Shown: positions 51,246-60,213, counted from the first letter of the stretch. The stretch: 64,000 nt of DNA from Syntrophorhabdaceae bacterium (GCA_963665295.1 OY762209.1:5280001-5344000); one strand, 5' to 3'. The notes: generated by a model from the letters alone, not told the origin. Translations and numbers: made by a program.

Positions 51246-53166
51246 CCGAAGTTCCCCCTGTGAAATCCCCCCAATATCACTCTATCCCGTTGAAATGACG
51301 GGAATAGGGTGATAATCATATCTTCTACTTGTTGCCATGTAATAGTGCATTATGTACTTGACATGTAGGTAAGCTATTTGCTATATATGTTCCATGTACA
51401 TCGAAAGCATCCCCAACCGCAACTCCCGGCCCGCCATCCTCTTGAGGGAGGCATGGAGGGAAGGCAAAAAGATAAAGAAGAAGACAGTCGCAAACCTCAC
51501 TGATTGGCCGGAAGAGAAGATCGAGCTCTTGAGGCGTGTATTGAAAGGGGAGTCTCTCGTCTCTCCGAAGGAAGCCTTTAAGGTTGAGCAGTCTCTCCCC
51601 CACGGCCATGTGGAGGCCATACTCGGGACAATAAAGAAGCTTGGCCTTGATACGGTCATTGCCTCGAAGCCTGGAAGGGAGAGAGACCTCGTAATCGCCA
51701 TGATCGTGGAACGCCTCATCCACCCCTCATCGAAATTAGCAACTACGAGGCTCTGGCATACTACTTCGGTGGCGGAGGAACTCTCGGTTGCAGATGCCGA
51801 TGAGGACGAACTCTATGATGCCCTGGACTGGCTTTTGGCAAGACAGGAGCGGATCGAGAAGAAGCTGGCGAATAAGCACCTTACCGAGGGCTCGCTCGTG
51901 CTCTACGATGTGACGAGCAGTTACTACGAGGGCCACACCTGTCCCCTTGCGCAGTTCGGCCATGACCGGGATGAAAAGGGAAAGAGGATCATCGTCTATG
52001 GAGTACTCACCGATCACGAAGGCCGACCTGTTGCAGTTACCGTCTATCCGGGGAATACGGGCGATCCCTCTACCATTCCCGACCAGACGGCAAAGCTCAA
52101 AGAAAGATTCGGTCTCGATCACCTCGTCCTCGTGGGCGACAGGGGCATGCTTACGGAGACACAGATTACAAAGATAAAGGAGATGCCCGGCATAGGGTGG
52201 ATATCGGCCCTCAGGTCTTCCGCCATACGCGAGCTTGTGGGACAGGGGAGCATCCAGATGTCCCTCTTCGATACCCAGGACTTTGCGGAAATCACCTCTC
52301 CCGAGTATCCGGGGGAAAGGCTCATCGCTTGCTTCAACCCCCTTCTTGCCGAAGAGAGAAAGAGGAAAAGAAACGCGCTCCTCGATGTGACGGAAAAGAA
52401 GTTGTCCTCCATTGTACGGGCGGTCGGGAGAAGGACAAGGACGCCTCTTTCCGCAGCGGAGATAGGGAAGAAAGTCGGCGCGGTAGTCAACGATCACAAG
52501 ATGGCGAAGCACTTTATCCTTACCATCGGAGACGGGTCCTTCTCATTCGCCCGGAACGAGGAGTCAATCACCGAAGAAGAAGCCCTCGACGGGATCTATG
52601 TGATCCGTACGAGTGAACCAGCCCTTCCTCCCGCCGATGTGGTACGGAACTACAAGAACCTTGCCCGGGTAGAGCGGGCCTTCAGGACCTTGAAGGGCAT
52701 CGATCTTCTCGTCCGTCCCATTCACCACCGTACCGAGGATCACGTGCGAGCCCACATCTTTCTCTGCACCCTCGCCTATTACGTAGAGTGGCATATGAGG
52801 GAGGCCCTTACGCCGCTGCTCTTCGACGATGAGGAGCTTCCCCTCTCACGAACGACGAGAGACCCGGTAAAGCCCGCGGAGTCATCTTCTTCCGCAAAGA
52901 AAAAGAAGACCACCAAGCTCACCCCTGACGGCCTTCCCGTCCAGAGCTTCCGTACCCTCCTTGCCGCACTGGGGACCCGATGCAAAAACCGGTGCAGGAT
53001 GGTTTTGGACTCCATGGCCCCGGCCTTCACCCTTCTTACTGATCCGACACCTCTCCAGGCCCGCGCCCTTGCCCTCCTCGGACTGTAGCCAGTAACGGGA
53101 AATCAATTTCTGCCATAATCATTGGAATATCAAGGTGATGGGTTAATATTGGGCGGGGAACTTCGG
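51246..53166 (+). mobile_element. IS1634-family insertion sequence
   Basis: 12-bp TIRs CCGAAGTTCCCC / GGGGAACTTCGG; 6-bp TSD TTTAGT (51240-51245, 53167-53172). Confidence 0.9.
51394..53088 (+). CDS. IS1634-family transposase
   Basis: LYDVTSSYYEG, VGDRGM, Y..L..VERAFR.LK, RPIHH, HIFLC.LAY. Confidence 0.92.
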   Translation: MYIESIPNRNSRPAILLREAWREGKKIKKKTVANLTDWPEEKIELLRRVLKGESLVSPKEAFKVEQSLPHGHVEAILGTIKKLGLDTVIASKPGRERDLVIAMIVERLIHPSSKLATTRLWHTTSVAEELSVADADEDELYDALDWLLARQERIEKKLANKHLTEGSLVLYDVTSSYYEGHTCPLAQFGHDRDEKGKRIIVYGVLTDHEGRPVAVTVYPGNTGDPSTIPDQTAKLKERFGLDHLVLVGDRGMLTETQITKIKEMPGIGWISALRSSAIRELVGQGSIQMSLFDTQDFAEITSPEYPGERLIACFNPLLAEERKRKRNALLDVTEKKLSSIVRAVGRRTRTPLSAAEIGKKVGAVVNDHKMAKHFILTIGDGSFSFARNEESITEEEALDGIYVIRTSEPALPPADVVRNYKNLARVERAFRTLKGIDLLVRPIHHRTEDHVRAHIFLCTLAYYVEWHMREALTPLLFDDEELPLSRTTRDPVKPAESSSSAKKKKTTKLTPDGLPVQSFRTLLAALGTRCKNRCRMVLDSMAPAFTLLTDPTPLQARALALLGL

Positions 53167-53167
53167 T

Positions 53168-54166
53168 TTAGTGTACCCCGCCATCGCTCGTTGATAATGG
53201 CTTATTGATCCAGACGGCGTCAGGCAGTGACGCCGGTTTCGGCATCCTCCCCTTGAACCGTTCCGGATGTTTTTCATACGCAGCCCGCAGTACGTCCGTA
53301 CGACCTTCAATGATCCTCAACGCTCTTCCATAATGGACGTCCTCGGGGGTGAGAAGACCTATCCCCGAATGGTAATGCTCGGTATTGTACCAGGGGAAGA
53401 ATGTCTGGCAAAAGGCCCGGGCATCCTCAATGGAGCCGAACCTTTGAGGGAACTCGGGCCGGTACTTCATGGTCTTGAACTGAGATTCGGAATAGGGGTT
53501 GTCATTACTGACCGAAGGCCTCGAATGGCTCTTGGTGACCCCGAGATCGGCCATGAGCAGGGCGACGGGTTTCGACGTCATACTCGACCCCCTGTCCGCA
53601 TGGATCAGGAGCTTACCGGGCTCTATCATTTGCTTCTCGCAGGTCTCCGCGATCAGTTTGCGAGCAAGGGCGGCAAGTTCCCTGTGGGCCACCATCCACC
53701 CCACCACATAGCGGCTGTAGATGTCGAGGATCACATAGAGGTAGTAGTAGGTCCATTTTACGGAACCCTTGAGCTTCGTGATATCCCAGCTCCACGCCTC
53801 GTTGGGCGCCTTCGCGAGGATCTCCGGTTTTGCGTACCGGGGACGGGAGACCTGCCTCCTCCTTTCTTTCAGCTCACCTTCTTCTTCAAGGATCCGGTAC
53901 ATGGTGCGCACTGAACAGAGATAGCTCTTCTCGTCCAGGAGGGCCGCGTAGATTTCCCGGGGTGCTTTATCGATGAAGCGGTCCGAATGAAGGATATCAA
54001 GTACATCGTTCCGTTCCCCGAAGGAGAGGGCCAAGGGAGAGAGACGGTTCAAAGGTTCCTTCTCTTTCGGATGCTGCCACCGGTAAAAGCCCGCACGGGA
54101 TACGTCGAGGGCGTTGCAGGCAGGGCGGATACCCACTTCATGGGCAAGCGATTGCGTGATGTTCAT
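53168..54166 (-). CDS. IS3-family transposase OrfB (rve/DDE)
   Basis: WSWDIT, LDIYSR, HADRGS, DNPYSESQFKT, WYN..H.HSG. Confidence 0.92.
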   Translation of the reverse strand: MNITQSLAHEVGIRPACNALDVSRAGFYRWQHPKEKEPLNRLSPLALSFGERNDVLDILHSDRFIDKAPREIYAALLDEKSYLCSVRTMYRILEEEGELKERRRQVSRPRYAKPEILAKAPNEAWSWDITKLKGSVKWTYYYLYVILDIYSRYVVGWMVAHRELAALARKLIAETCEKQMIEPGKLLIHADRGSSMTSKPVALLMADLGVTKSHSRPSVSNDNPYSESQFKTMKYRPEFPQRFGSIEDARAFCQTFFPWYNTEHYHSGIGLLTPEDVHYGRALRIIEGRTDVLRAAYEKHPERFKGRMPKPASLPDAVWINKPLSTSDGGVH

Positions 54167-54561
54167 GACTTCTCCTCGCTCGACCCCTTGAGCAGCTCGG
54201 CCACTTTTTTTTGGACCTCGATAATGAGCTCCGCCTGTTTCAGTTTATGGGTGAGCCTCGTGTTCTCCTTTTCCAGTTCGATGGTGCGACGGATAAGGGG
54301 ATCAGGCTTTTGTGTGACGGGTCCTCTCTTTTTCGGGATGAGGCCCTGGTGAACCTGACGCCGCCATGAGGTGAGGCTCGATGAATAAAGTCCCTCTCTG
54401 CGCAGAAGCGCCCCTATCTCACCCTTCCCGGTACAGTTCTCCACCTCCTTGAGGATACGGAGCTTGTACGCCGCGGTGAATTTCCGGCGAACTGCCTTTT
54501 CCGGTACTTCCGGATCGGGGACTACCCTTGGTGATGCCATGACTGATTTCTTTTCTTCCAC
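54163..54561 (-). CDS. IS3-family OrfA (HTH)
   Basis: RRKFTAAYKLRIL...LRREGLYSS.L..WR; A8 slippery run (T 54205-54212) permits a -1 frameshift into orfB. Confidence 0.85.
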   Translation of the reverse strand: MEEKKSVMASPRVVPDPEVPEKAVRRKFTAAYKLRILKEVENCTGKGEIGALLRREGLYSSSLTSWRRQVHQGLIPKKRGPVTQKPDPLIRRTIELEKENTRLTHKLKQAELIIEVQKKVAELLKGSSEEKS

Positions 54562-54944
54562 GATCGTTCTTTCCTTCCCGCCCCCAAGAGTCTAAACTAT
54601 TGGGTGGGAAGTGTCTCACTTATATTGGCACGGAGGGGATAGTGTATGAAGGGCCATATTGCGTATCCCAATGTGATGAGGAAAAGAAGGCAACTATCTT
54701 GCAAAGATTATTAAGGCTGAGCCAATCAACGTGGCAAGAGATAAAGAGACTACCAAGAGAAGATGGATTTGAAATTATTCCTCACCATAGATTCAGGGCC
54801 CCCCTTCCATCTATTTTAACTCCAGAGACCGTAATACTTGTTGCTCGCTATGATGGTGATGGCGGCAGGCTTGCAGGCTATAGAGACAAAGATGTATACC
54901 ATATAGTCCTTGTAGGCAGAGATTTGTATCCACATTAATTCTTT

Positions 54945-54962
54945 TCAAACTGACCCACCACC
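54945..54962. repeat. Extra internal right-end TIR of element-A type
   Basis: TCAAACTGACCCACCACC, 17/18 identical to the element A TIR. Confidence 0.8.
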
Positions 54963-55007
54963 CTACAAAAAAATTTATCTTTTTCAAACTGAGACACTAC
55001 CAAAGAC

Positions 55008-55038
55008 TTGACAAATTTGCGTGTGTAATATATATAAT
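55008..55038 (+). promoter_or_regulatory. Putative sigma70 promoter of the ATPase operon
   Basis: TTGACA, then TATATA at 17 nt or TATAAT at 19 nt; the -35 overlaps the TSD. Confidence 0.55.
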
Positions 55039-55260
55039 GATATTAGGTTTAGTAGTTGTTCTATCTCCGGTAGCCGAGAGCAGGACGTACTGCTCGGAGT
55101 CTTTTACAGTGGGCGGTGGCGCGAGACGGCAGTAAGCGACAGGAAAAGGTGATTGTCGCGTAACGGTTCAGCATGCGTCACCAGGCGGTTTAACCACGAA
55201 TATCAGTGATGTCGCCGACCCCGGAGGCCGGCGTGCACGCTGAAGGACCAGGGGGTAGAT

Positions 55261-56010
55261 ATGTGCAAGCCTGTTGATTTAAACAAATGTATTTCCTTTA
55301 TTAAGTCCGGATTTCTCCAGAAGATCGACAACGCTTCTCTCTCAACCATGGTAAGGCCGACGGTGACAATTTCACGGATGACGGGGTCCGGCGGACATAC
55401 GGTCGCCGCGAACCTCGCGGATTACCTGCGGATGACCCTGCCGGATCGTGGCGAATGGGCCGTTTTTGACCGGAATCTGGTGGAGAAGATCCTGGAAGAG
55501 CACCATCTCCATAAACGGGTTGGCGATTTCATGAAAGAAGGTCACAAGACCATGTTTACCGACGTGGTGGAGGAGTTGGTAGGTCTCCATCCCGGCGGCT
55601 GGACGCTCTTGCAGAAGACAAATGCCACAATATTGCACCTCGCACAGATGGGAAATGTCATCCTTGTGGGTCGGGGTGCATGCGTAGTGGCGGCCAAAGC
55701 AAGAAACGCCCTCCACGTGCGTCTGGTAGGGTCCCTTGAAAAACGGATCAAATGGGTGGAACGGACCTGTAATGTCGATGCTAAAGCGGCCCTTCAGTTC
55801 ATCAAGAAAGGTGACGAAGGGCGCAGGCGCTACCTGAAAGATAACTTTGATAGAGACGTCGATGACCCGCTCCTCTATCACATGGTTATCAATACGGATA
55901 TTGTGAGCCACGAAGAAGCCGCCCGGATGATCGGCAATGAATTGATCAGGCGGTTCAAACTGGACAGACAGGTGAAGGCGACGGGAAGCAGGCAGAGCGC
56001 GATCCAATAA
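55261..56010 (+). CDS. Cytidylate kinase-like family protein
   Basis: TISR.TGSGG, ILVGRGA, HVRLV, D..R..Y, Y..VINT. Confidence 0.85.
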   Translation: MCKPVDLNKCISFIKSGFLQKIDNASLSTMVRPTVTISRMTGSGGHTVAANLADYLRMTLPDRGEWAVFDRNLVEKILEEHHLHKRVGDFMKEGHKTMFTDVVEELVGLHPGGWTLLQKTNATILHLAQMGNVILVGRGACVVAAKARNALHVRLVGSLEKRIKWVERTCNVDAKAALQFIKKGDEGRRRYLKDNFDRDVDDPLLYHMVINTDIVSHEEAARMIGNELIRRFKLDRQVKATGSRQSAIQ

Positions 56011-56040
56011 CAGGACCCGCTTTTCAGGGGAGGCATTGCC

Positions 56041-56352
56041 ATGCGCGATGTAATTCAGAGGATCATCGCGACGGAGAGCGAGGCGAGGCTTATTGTCGAT
56101 GCGGCCAGGGCCGAAGCGGACCGCATCTTGTCTGAAGCCCGGAAAAAGGGAAAAGATGTTGTTGAGAGGGCCCGCCAGGAAGCGCTCTTCGAGGCGGAGA
56201 AGATCGTAGAAGCCGCAGTGGAAGAAGCGGAGAGCGAAAAAAAACGCCGCCTGGACCATGCCGCGGTCACCACCGAAAACGAAATCCAGTTCGGACAATC
56301 CGATAGGGAAGGCGCGGTGAAAGGGGTCCTCCGGTGCGTGTGCGGACTGTAA
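56041..56352 (+). CDS. V/A-type ATPase subunit H (G)
   Basis: Short Ala/Glu/Arg-rich helical protein at the head of the operon. Confidence 0.7.
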   Translation: MRDVIQRIIATESEARLIVDAARAEADRILSEARKKGKDVVERARQEALFEAEKIVEAAVEEAESEKKRRLDHAAVTTENEIQFGQSDREGAVKGVLRCVCGL

Positions 56353-57440
56353 CGGCCGATTCCCTCGCCCCCCGGTCGAGACGAATAGCGAGGGACCTCG
56401 ATTATCTCGCGGCCCGGCTTCACGGCCGGCGCAGCCGCATGGCCGAGGGCGCGCGACTCGATAGCCTCTGTCGTATGCGGAGCCTCCCGGAATTCTTTCA
56501 CGCACTCTTTCCCGACGCGGAGCTTAAGGAGGCTTCCGATTTCCAGCGCCTGACGATTGATAACATGGTCCGCGAGATCAGCGGATTTCCCGCCCACATG
56601 CCCGGGCCCGGGGCGGACTTCCTTGATTGGATCCTGATCCGGTACCAACTCGAAAACCTGAAGGTATGGATCAGGGTCCTTCTCACGAATACACCCGCAA
56701 CCGGCATCGAACAATACCTTATCTCCATCCCGGGAAAACCGACCCTCCACGTTCGAGGGCCGTCCGCGGCGGAGTCTCTCAGGGATCTTGTTCACCTCGT
56801 CCCAAGAGGACTGCTCAGAGACAGCCTCAGAAGGTCCCTCGCGACGTATGGCGACCAGGCGCCGCCCTTCTTCTTCGAAACGGACCTTGACCGAAGCTAT
56901 CTCGAGGGGTTGCTCGAGTCCCTTGAACGGCTTCCACAGGAGGACCGGGAGATCATCGAGCCTCTGGTTCGTCAGGAAGTCGATATATTTCACCTGATGC
57001 TAGTGGTCAGGGGCAGATTCCACTACGCCCTGACACCGGAGATACTGCTGCCCCTGCATATTTCGGGGACGAGAATCTCCCACGCCCTCTTTGCTGCCAT
57101 GCTCGGTGACCCGGATCTCCCCACCGCGGTGGGCCGTGCTGTCGGACGCGCCCTCGATACCGCGCCTCCGGGATGCGCGTCAGCCGACGCTTCCATGACC
57201 GACACCGTTGACAGCGGGGTCGTAGAGCGTCTCGGGTGGAAGCGGTACCTCCGTTTGGCCAACCTCGCTTTTCGCAGAAGCCACATGGGGCTGGGAGCGG
57301 TCATAGGGTACGTCGGCCTTCGCCGGATGGAGACGGCGGATCTCATCACCATTTCCGAGGGTATTCAGAAAGGCGTGGCCTCCGAGACAATCCGGGCGCG
57401 CCTGATCACAAGTACCGATTCCGAGGCGGCCTATGTTTAG
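56334..57440 (+). CDS. V/A-type ATPase subunit C (V0D/AC39 family)
   Basis: YL.ARL, ENLK...R, E.D..LDR.Y; operon position. Confidence 0.75.
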   Translation: MRVRTVTADSLAPRSRRIARDLDYLAARLHGRRSRMAEGARLDSLCRMRSLPEFFHALFPDAELKEASDFQRLTIDNMVREISGFPAHMPGPGADFLDWILIRYQLENLKVWIRVLLTNTPATGIEQYLISIPGKPTLHVRGPSAAESLRDLVHLVPRGLLRDSLRRSLATYGDQAPPFFFETDLDRSYLEGLLESLERLPQEDREIIEPLVRQEVDIFHLMLVVRGRFHYALTPEILLPLHISGTRISHALFAAMLGDPDLPTAVGRAVGRALDTAPPGCASADASMTDTVDSGVVERLGWKRYLRLANLAFRRSHMGLGAVIGYVGLRRMETADLITISEGIQKGVASETIRARLITSTDSEAAYV

Positions 57441-59409
57441 GGTGGCCCCCATGACACGACTCAACGCGGTAGTGCTCGAAGGCGATGAACACACCGTGTT
57501 GAGAGACCTGGGCCGCCTCGGCGCAATACAACTCACGCGCACCTTACCCGGTCCGGACACGGGGCCTCTCGCCTTTCGCGATCACGCTGCCGACCTGGCC
57601 CGTTACGACCGCCTCCGGGGCTGCAGCGAAGAACTACGCCGGTCACTGGAAATCCCCCCTTCCTCCTCAGGGCAGGAACCCGGGAAGATGACCATCGACG
57701 AGGCTGAAGATGCGCTCCGCTCCATGGAAGCGCAGGCCGACCACCTGCTGGAGAGTCGCCGGCAACTGGTCCAGCGTCAAAAGGAACTGACCGCTGTCCA
57801 CGAAAGGGTGTCGCATTTCTGCGGCCTCGATTTCCCCCTTGATGACGCCAGCCGGTTCTCCTTTCTCCGTTTTGTCACCGGAAGCCTGCCCTTCAAGAAC
57901 CTCGAGGGCCTTGAGCGCGAGGTGGGGGGGAACGTGGCCCTCCTTCCCACGGCGCAACGAAACGGGCGGCAGGCGCTCGTGGCAGTCACCACCCGTGAGG
58001 GACTGCCCACCCTGGAAGAGGTCCTGCAAAAGGCGGGGTTTCAGCACGAGGCGCTCCCCGAAATCCCGGGCAGCACCGCAGACGCCCTGTCCGAGGAAGG
58101 AGACAGGGAGCTTGAGCGGGTAGGCGCGGAATTGGAGGACGTAAACAAGAGGCTGCAAACCTTCGCAGCCGGGATAGCGCCATCTCTCAATGAGATTGAA
58201 AGATTCGGGGATGTCGAGTGCCGCCTCATGGACGTGTCCCAGAGGTTGCCCCGTACGGAGAATGCGGTCCTCCTTTCGGGATGGGTCCCCGCCGACGACG
58301 CGGCAGCCATCGAGTCGCGGGTGCGGGAGATTACGAATGGCCGGTGCGCCTTCGAGACGACGCCGCCGGACAATTCAGCACGGGAGCAGGTCCCTGTCCT
58401 GCTGAGGCATTCGCGGCTGCTCCGGCCATTCGAGATGCTGGTCTCCACGTATGGTCTGCCGGACTACCGGGAACTCGAGCCCACACTCTTTGTGGCCCTC
58501 AGTTACCTGTTCATGTTCGGTATGATGTTCGGCGACGCCGGACACGGCGCCGTTCTGGCCGCCTGCGGTTTGACCGCCCTCATCGCCGGCCGTTCCGAGA
58601 AGGCCCGGGACTTCGGCCTGCTCCTTCTTTTAGGGGGTTCGGCAAGTATCATCTCCGGCGTGGTCTATGGAAGTTACTTCGGTATCGAGGGGCTCAAAAG
58701 ATACGCGCTGTGGCGGGACCCTCTCGAGGGCGACCCCATGAACCTCATGTATGCCGCTATCGGCTTCGGGATCGTCATGGTAAGTCTCGGTCTGATACTC
58801 AATGTCATCAACCGTTTTCGACGGGGCGACACCCTGGGGGGCATCCTGGACAGATTCGGCCTTGCGGGCCTCTTCTTCTACTGGGGCGCTCTCGCCCTGA
58901 TCATGAACGGGACGGCCATCCGGTCACGGGGGCTCATGCCCCTGATGATCACCCTGTTTCTCGTGGTCCCCATTGTGGCCTGGATAATCAAGGAGCCCAT
59001 GGAGCACCTCCTGCACAGCCGCAAAGGGGTGAAGGACGAGGCAAGCGGCGGTATGGTCGGCGCGATCATGGAATCCTCCGTCGGAGCCTTTGAAGGGGTT
59101 CTCGGCTATCTTGCCAATACCATAAGCTTCGTCCGTCTTGCTGCCTACGCCATGAGTCATGCAGCGCTTCTGCTGGCTGCTTTTATGCTGGCCTCGGAGG
59201 TGAGGGGCCTTTCCATGGGGGGCAGTTTCTGGAGCGTCCTCATCATCATTCTCGGCAATATGGTGGCAATCATCCTTGAGGGTATCATCGCCTCGGTGCA
59301 GGCGTTGCGTCTTGAATATTATGAATTCTTTGGAAAGTTTTTTTCGGGCAACGGACAACCCTTCGAGCCGTTTCGCTTGAGCGGGAACGGCCGGCCTCCC
59401 GGACCGTGA
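57433..59409 (+). CDS. V/A-type ATPase subunit I (a)
   Basis: GWVP, YGLP.Y.E..PT, FGMMFGD.GHG, SF.RL.A...H, RL.YYEFF.KF. Confidence 0.93.
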   Translation: MFRVAPMTRLNAVVLEGDEHTVLRDLGRLGAIQLTRTLPGPDTGPLAFRDHAADLARYDRLRGCSEELRRSLEIPPSSSGQEPGKMTIDEAEDALRSMEAQADHLLESRRQLVQRQKELTAVHERVSHFCGLDFPLDDASRFSFLRFVTGSLPFKNLEGLEREVGGNVALLPTAQRNGRQALVAVTTREGLPTLEEVLQKAGFQHEALPEIPGSTADALSEEGDRELERVGAELEDVNKRLQTFAAGIAPSLNEIERFGDVECRLMDVSQRLPRTENAVLLSGWVPADDAAAIESRVREITNGRCAFETTPPDNSAREQVPVLLRHSRLLRPFEMLVSTYGLPDYRELEPTLFVALSYLFMFGMMFGDAGHGAVLAACGLTALIAGRSEKARDFGLLLLLGGSASIISGVVYGSYFGIEGLKRYALWRDPLEGDPMNLMYAAIGFGIVMVSLGLILNVINRFRRGDTLGGILDRFGLAGLFFYWGALALIMNGTAIRSRGLMPLMITLFLVVPIVAWIIKEPMEHLLHSRKGVKDEASGGMVGAIMESSVGAFEGVLGYLANTISFVRLAAYAMSHAALLLAAFMLASEVRGLSMGGSFWSVLIIILGNMVAIILEGIIASVQALRLEYYEFFGKFFSGNGQPFEPFRLSGNGRPPGP

Positions 59410-59534
59410 CCGGCGATTATTCCCGGTTCGCCCGGAACTGGTGGAATGGGGAGATATTTGATGACGAGAAACCGGTTGATGATCCCGGAAACACGAACAG
59501 GGCGCTTCACGGCCCATGCGAGGGGAGGTGTCAC

Positions 59535-59882
59535 ATGTTAAAGGCGTCACGTTGGCGGCTTGGGGGAATAGGAATGGTTCTGGCGGCACTGCTGGTCCTG
59601 CTCGGCGCCGCGGTTATGGCCGGGGAGACCACACATGGCGGCGCGCCGGTCGATCAGGCAACGGCGTACAAGACAATAGGATTGGCCGCGGCCGCTGCTT
59701 TCGCCATCGGCATGAGCGTTCTCGGCGCAGGGTATGCCGTGGGGCGGATCGGGTCCGCGGCCCTCGGACTTGCCGCGGAGAAACCGGAGCTTCTGACCCG
59801 CAGTATCCTCTTCGTGGCATTGGCGGAAGGACTGGCCGTGCTCGGTTTTGCTATCGCCATGATGCTGATGCAGAAGATATAG
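59535..59882 (+). CDS. V/A-type ATPase subunit K (c), one hairpin with N-terminal extension
   Basis: GAG.AVG, EKPE, ALAEGLA.LG; GGAGGTG RBS. Confidence 0.9.
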   Translation: MLKASRWRLGGIGMVLAALLVLLGAAVMAGETTHGGAPVDQATAYKTIGLAAAAAFAIGMSVLGAGYAVGRIGSAALGLAAEKPELLTRSILFVALAEGLAVLGFAIAMMLMQKI

Positions 59883-59892
59883 GAGGAAGGCG

Positions 59893-60201
59893 GTGAAGTT
59901 CTTTTGTATCGGTGACGAAGATACGGTCCGGGGATTCCGCCTTGCCGGGATCACGGCCGAGACAGCGACAACCGCGGAAGAGGCCTATAACGCCATCCGG
60001 GTCGCGAGGGCCCAACCCGACTGTGGGATCATCATCATTACCCAGGAGGTAGCCGCGTGGATTCGGGAGGAAGTGGAAACCATCCGGCTGGAGCAGGACC
60101 GCCCGTTGATCGTCGAGATTCCCGGGCCGGAAGGGCCGCTGCCGGGGCGCAAGGGCTTGCGCGAACTGGTGCAGGAAGCCGTGGGTGTACGAGTTGGTTA
60201 A
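59893..60201 (+). CDS. V/A-type ATPase subunit F
   Basis: IGDEDTV.GFRLAG, P.IVEIP, AVG. Confidence 0.92.
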   Translation: MKFFCIGDEDTVRGFRLAGITAETATTAEEAYNAIRVARAQPDCGIIIITQEVAAWIREEVETIRLEQDRPLIVEIPGPEGPLPGRKGLRELVQEAVGVRVG

Positions 60202-60213
60202 AGGGGCACGGAT

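Larger units (their letters stand above)
51201..54638 (-). mobile_element. IS3-family insertion sequence (contains a nested IS1634)
   Basis: Imperfect 26-bp IRs 51206-51231 / 54607-54632 (22/26); boundaries set by in-frame restoration of the host gene with an AT dinucleotide on both sides. Confidence 0.8.
51085..54938 (+). pseudogene. Putative toxin partner of Panacea (137 aa when rejoined), interrupted by an IS
   Basis: 51085-51200 plus 54641-54938 join in frame (...KPVFSLRH-IVYEGPYC...GYRDKDVYHIVLVGRDLYPH); start overlaps the antitoxin stop. Confidence 0.75.
48172..55001 (+). mobile_element. IS1-family cargo-carrying element B (about 3.39 kb without the nested IS)
   Basis: Perfect 16-bp TIRs GGTAGTGTCTCAGTTT (48172-48187 / 54986-55001); direct repeats AAAGACTT (48164-48171, 55002-55009). 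Confidence 0.9.

Noticed and set aside
54600..54638. Start of the 112-aa ORF 54600-54938 as an independent gene
   Set aside because: Its first codons lie in the IS3 end; the rest is the 3' half of the interrupted toxin gene.
55235..55260. c-di-AMP (ydaO) riboswitch suggested by CGCTGAA...GGGGG
   Set aside because: Only a fragment of the consensus, directly against the start codon, with no room for the rest of the aptamer.
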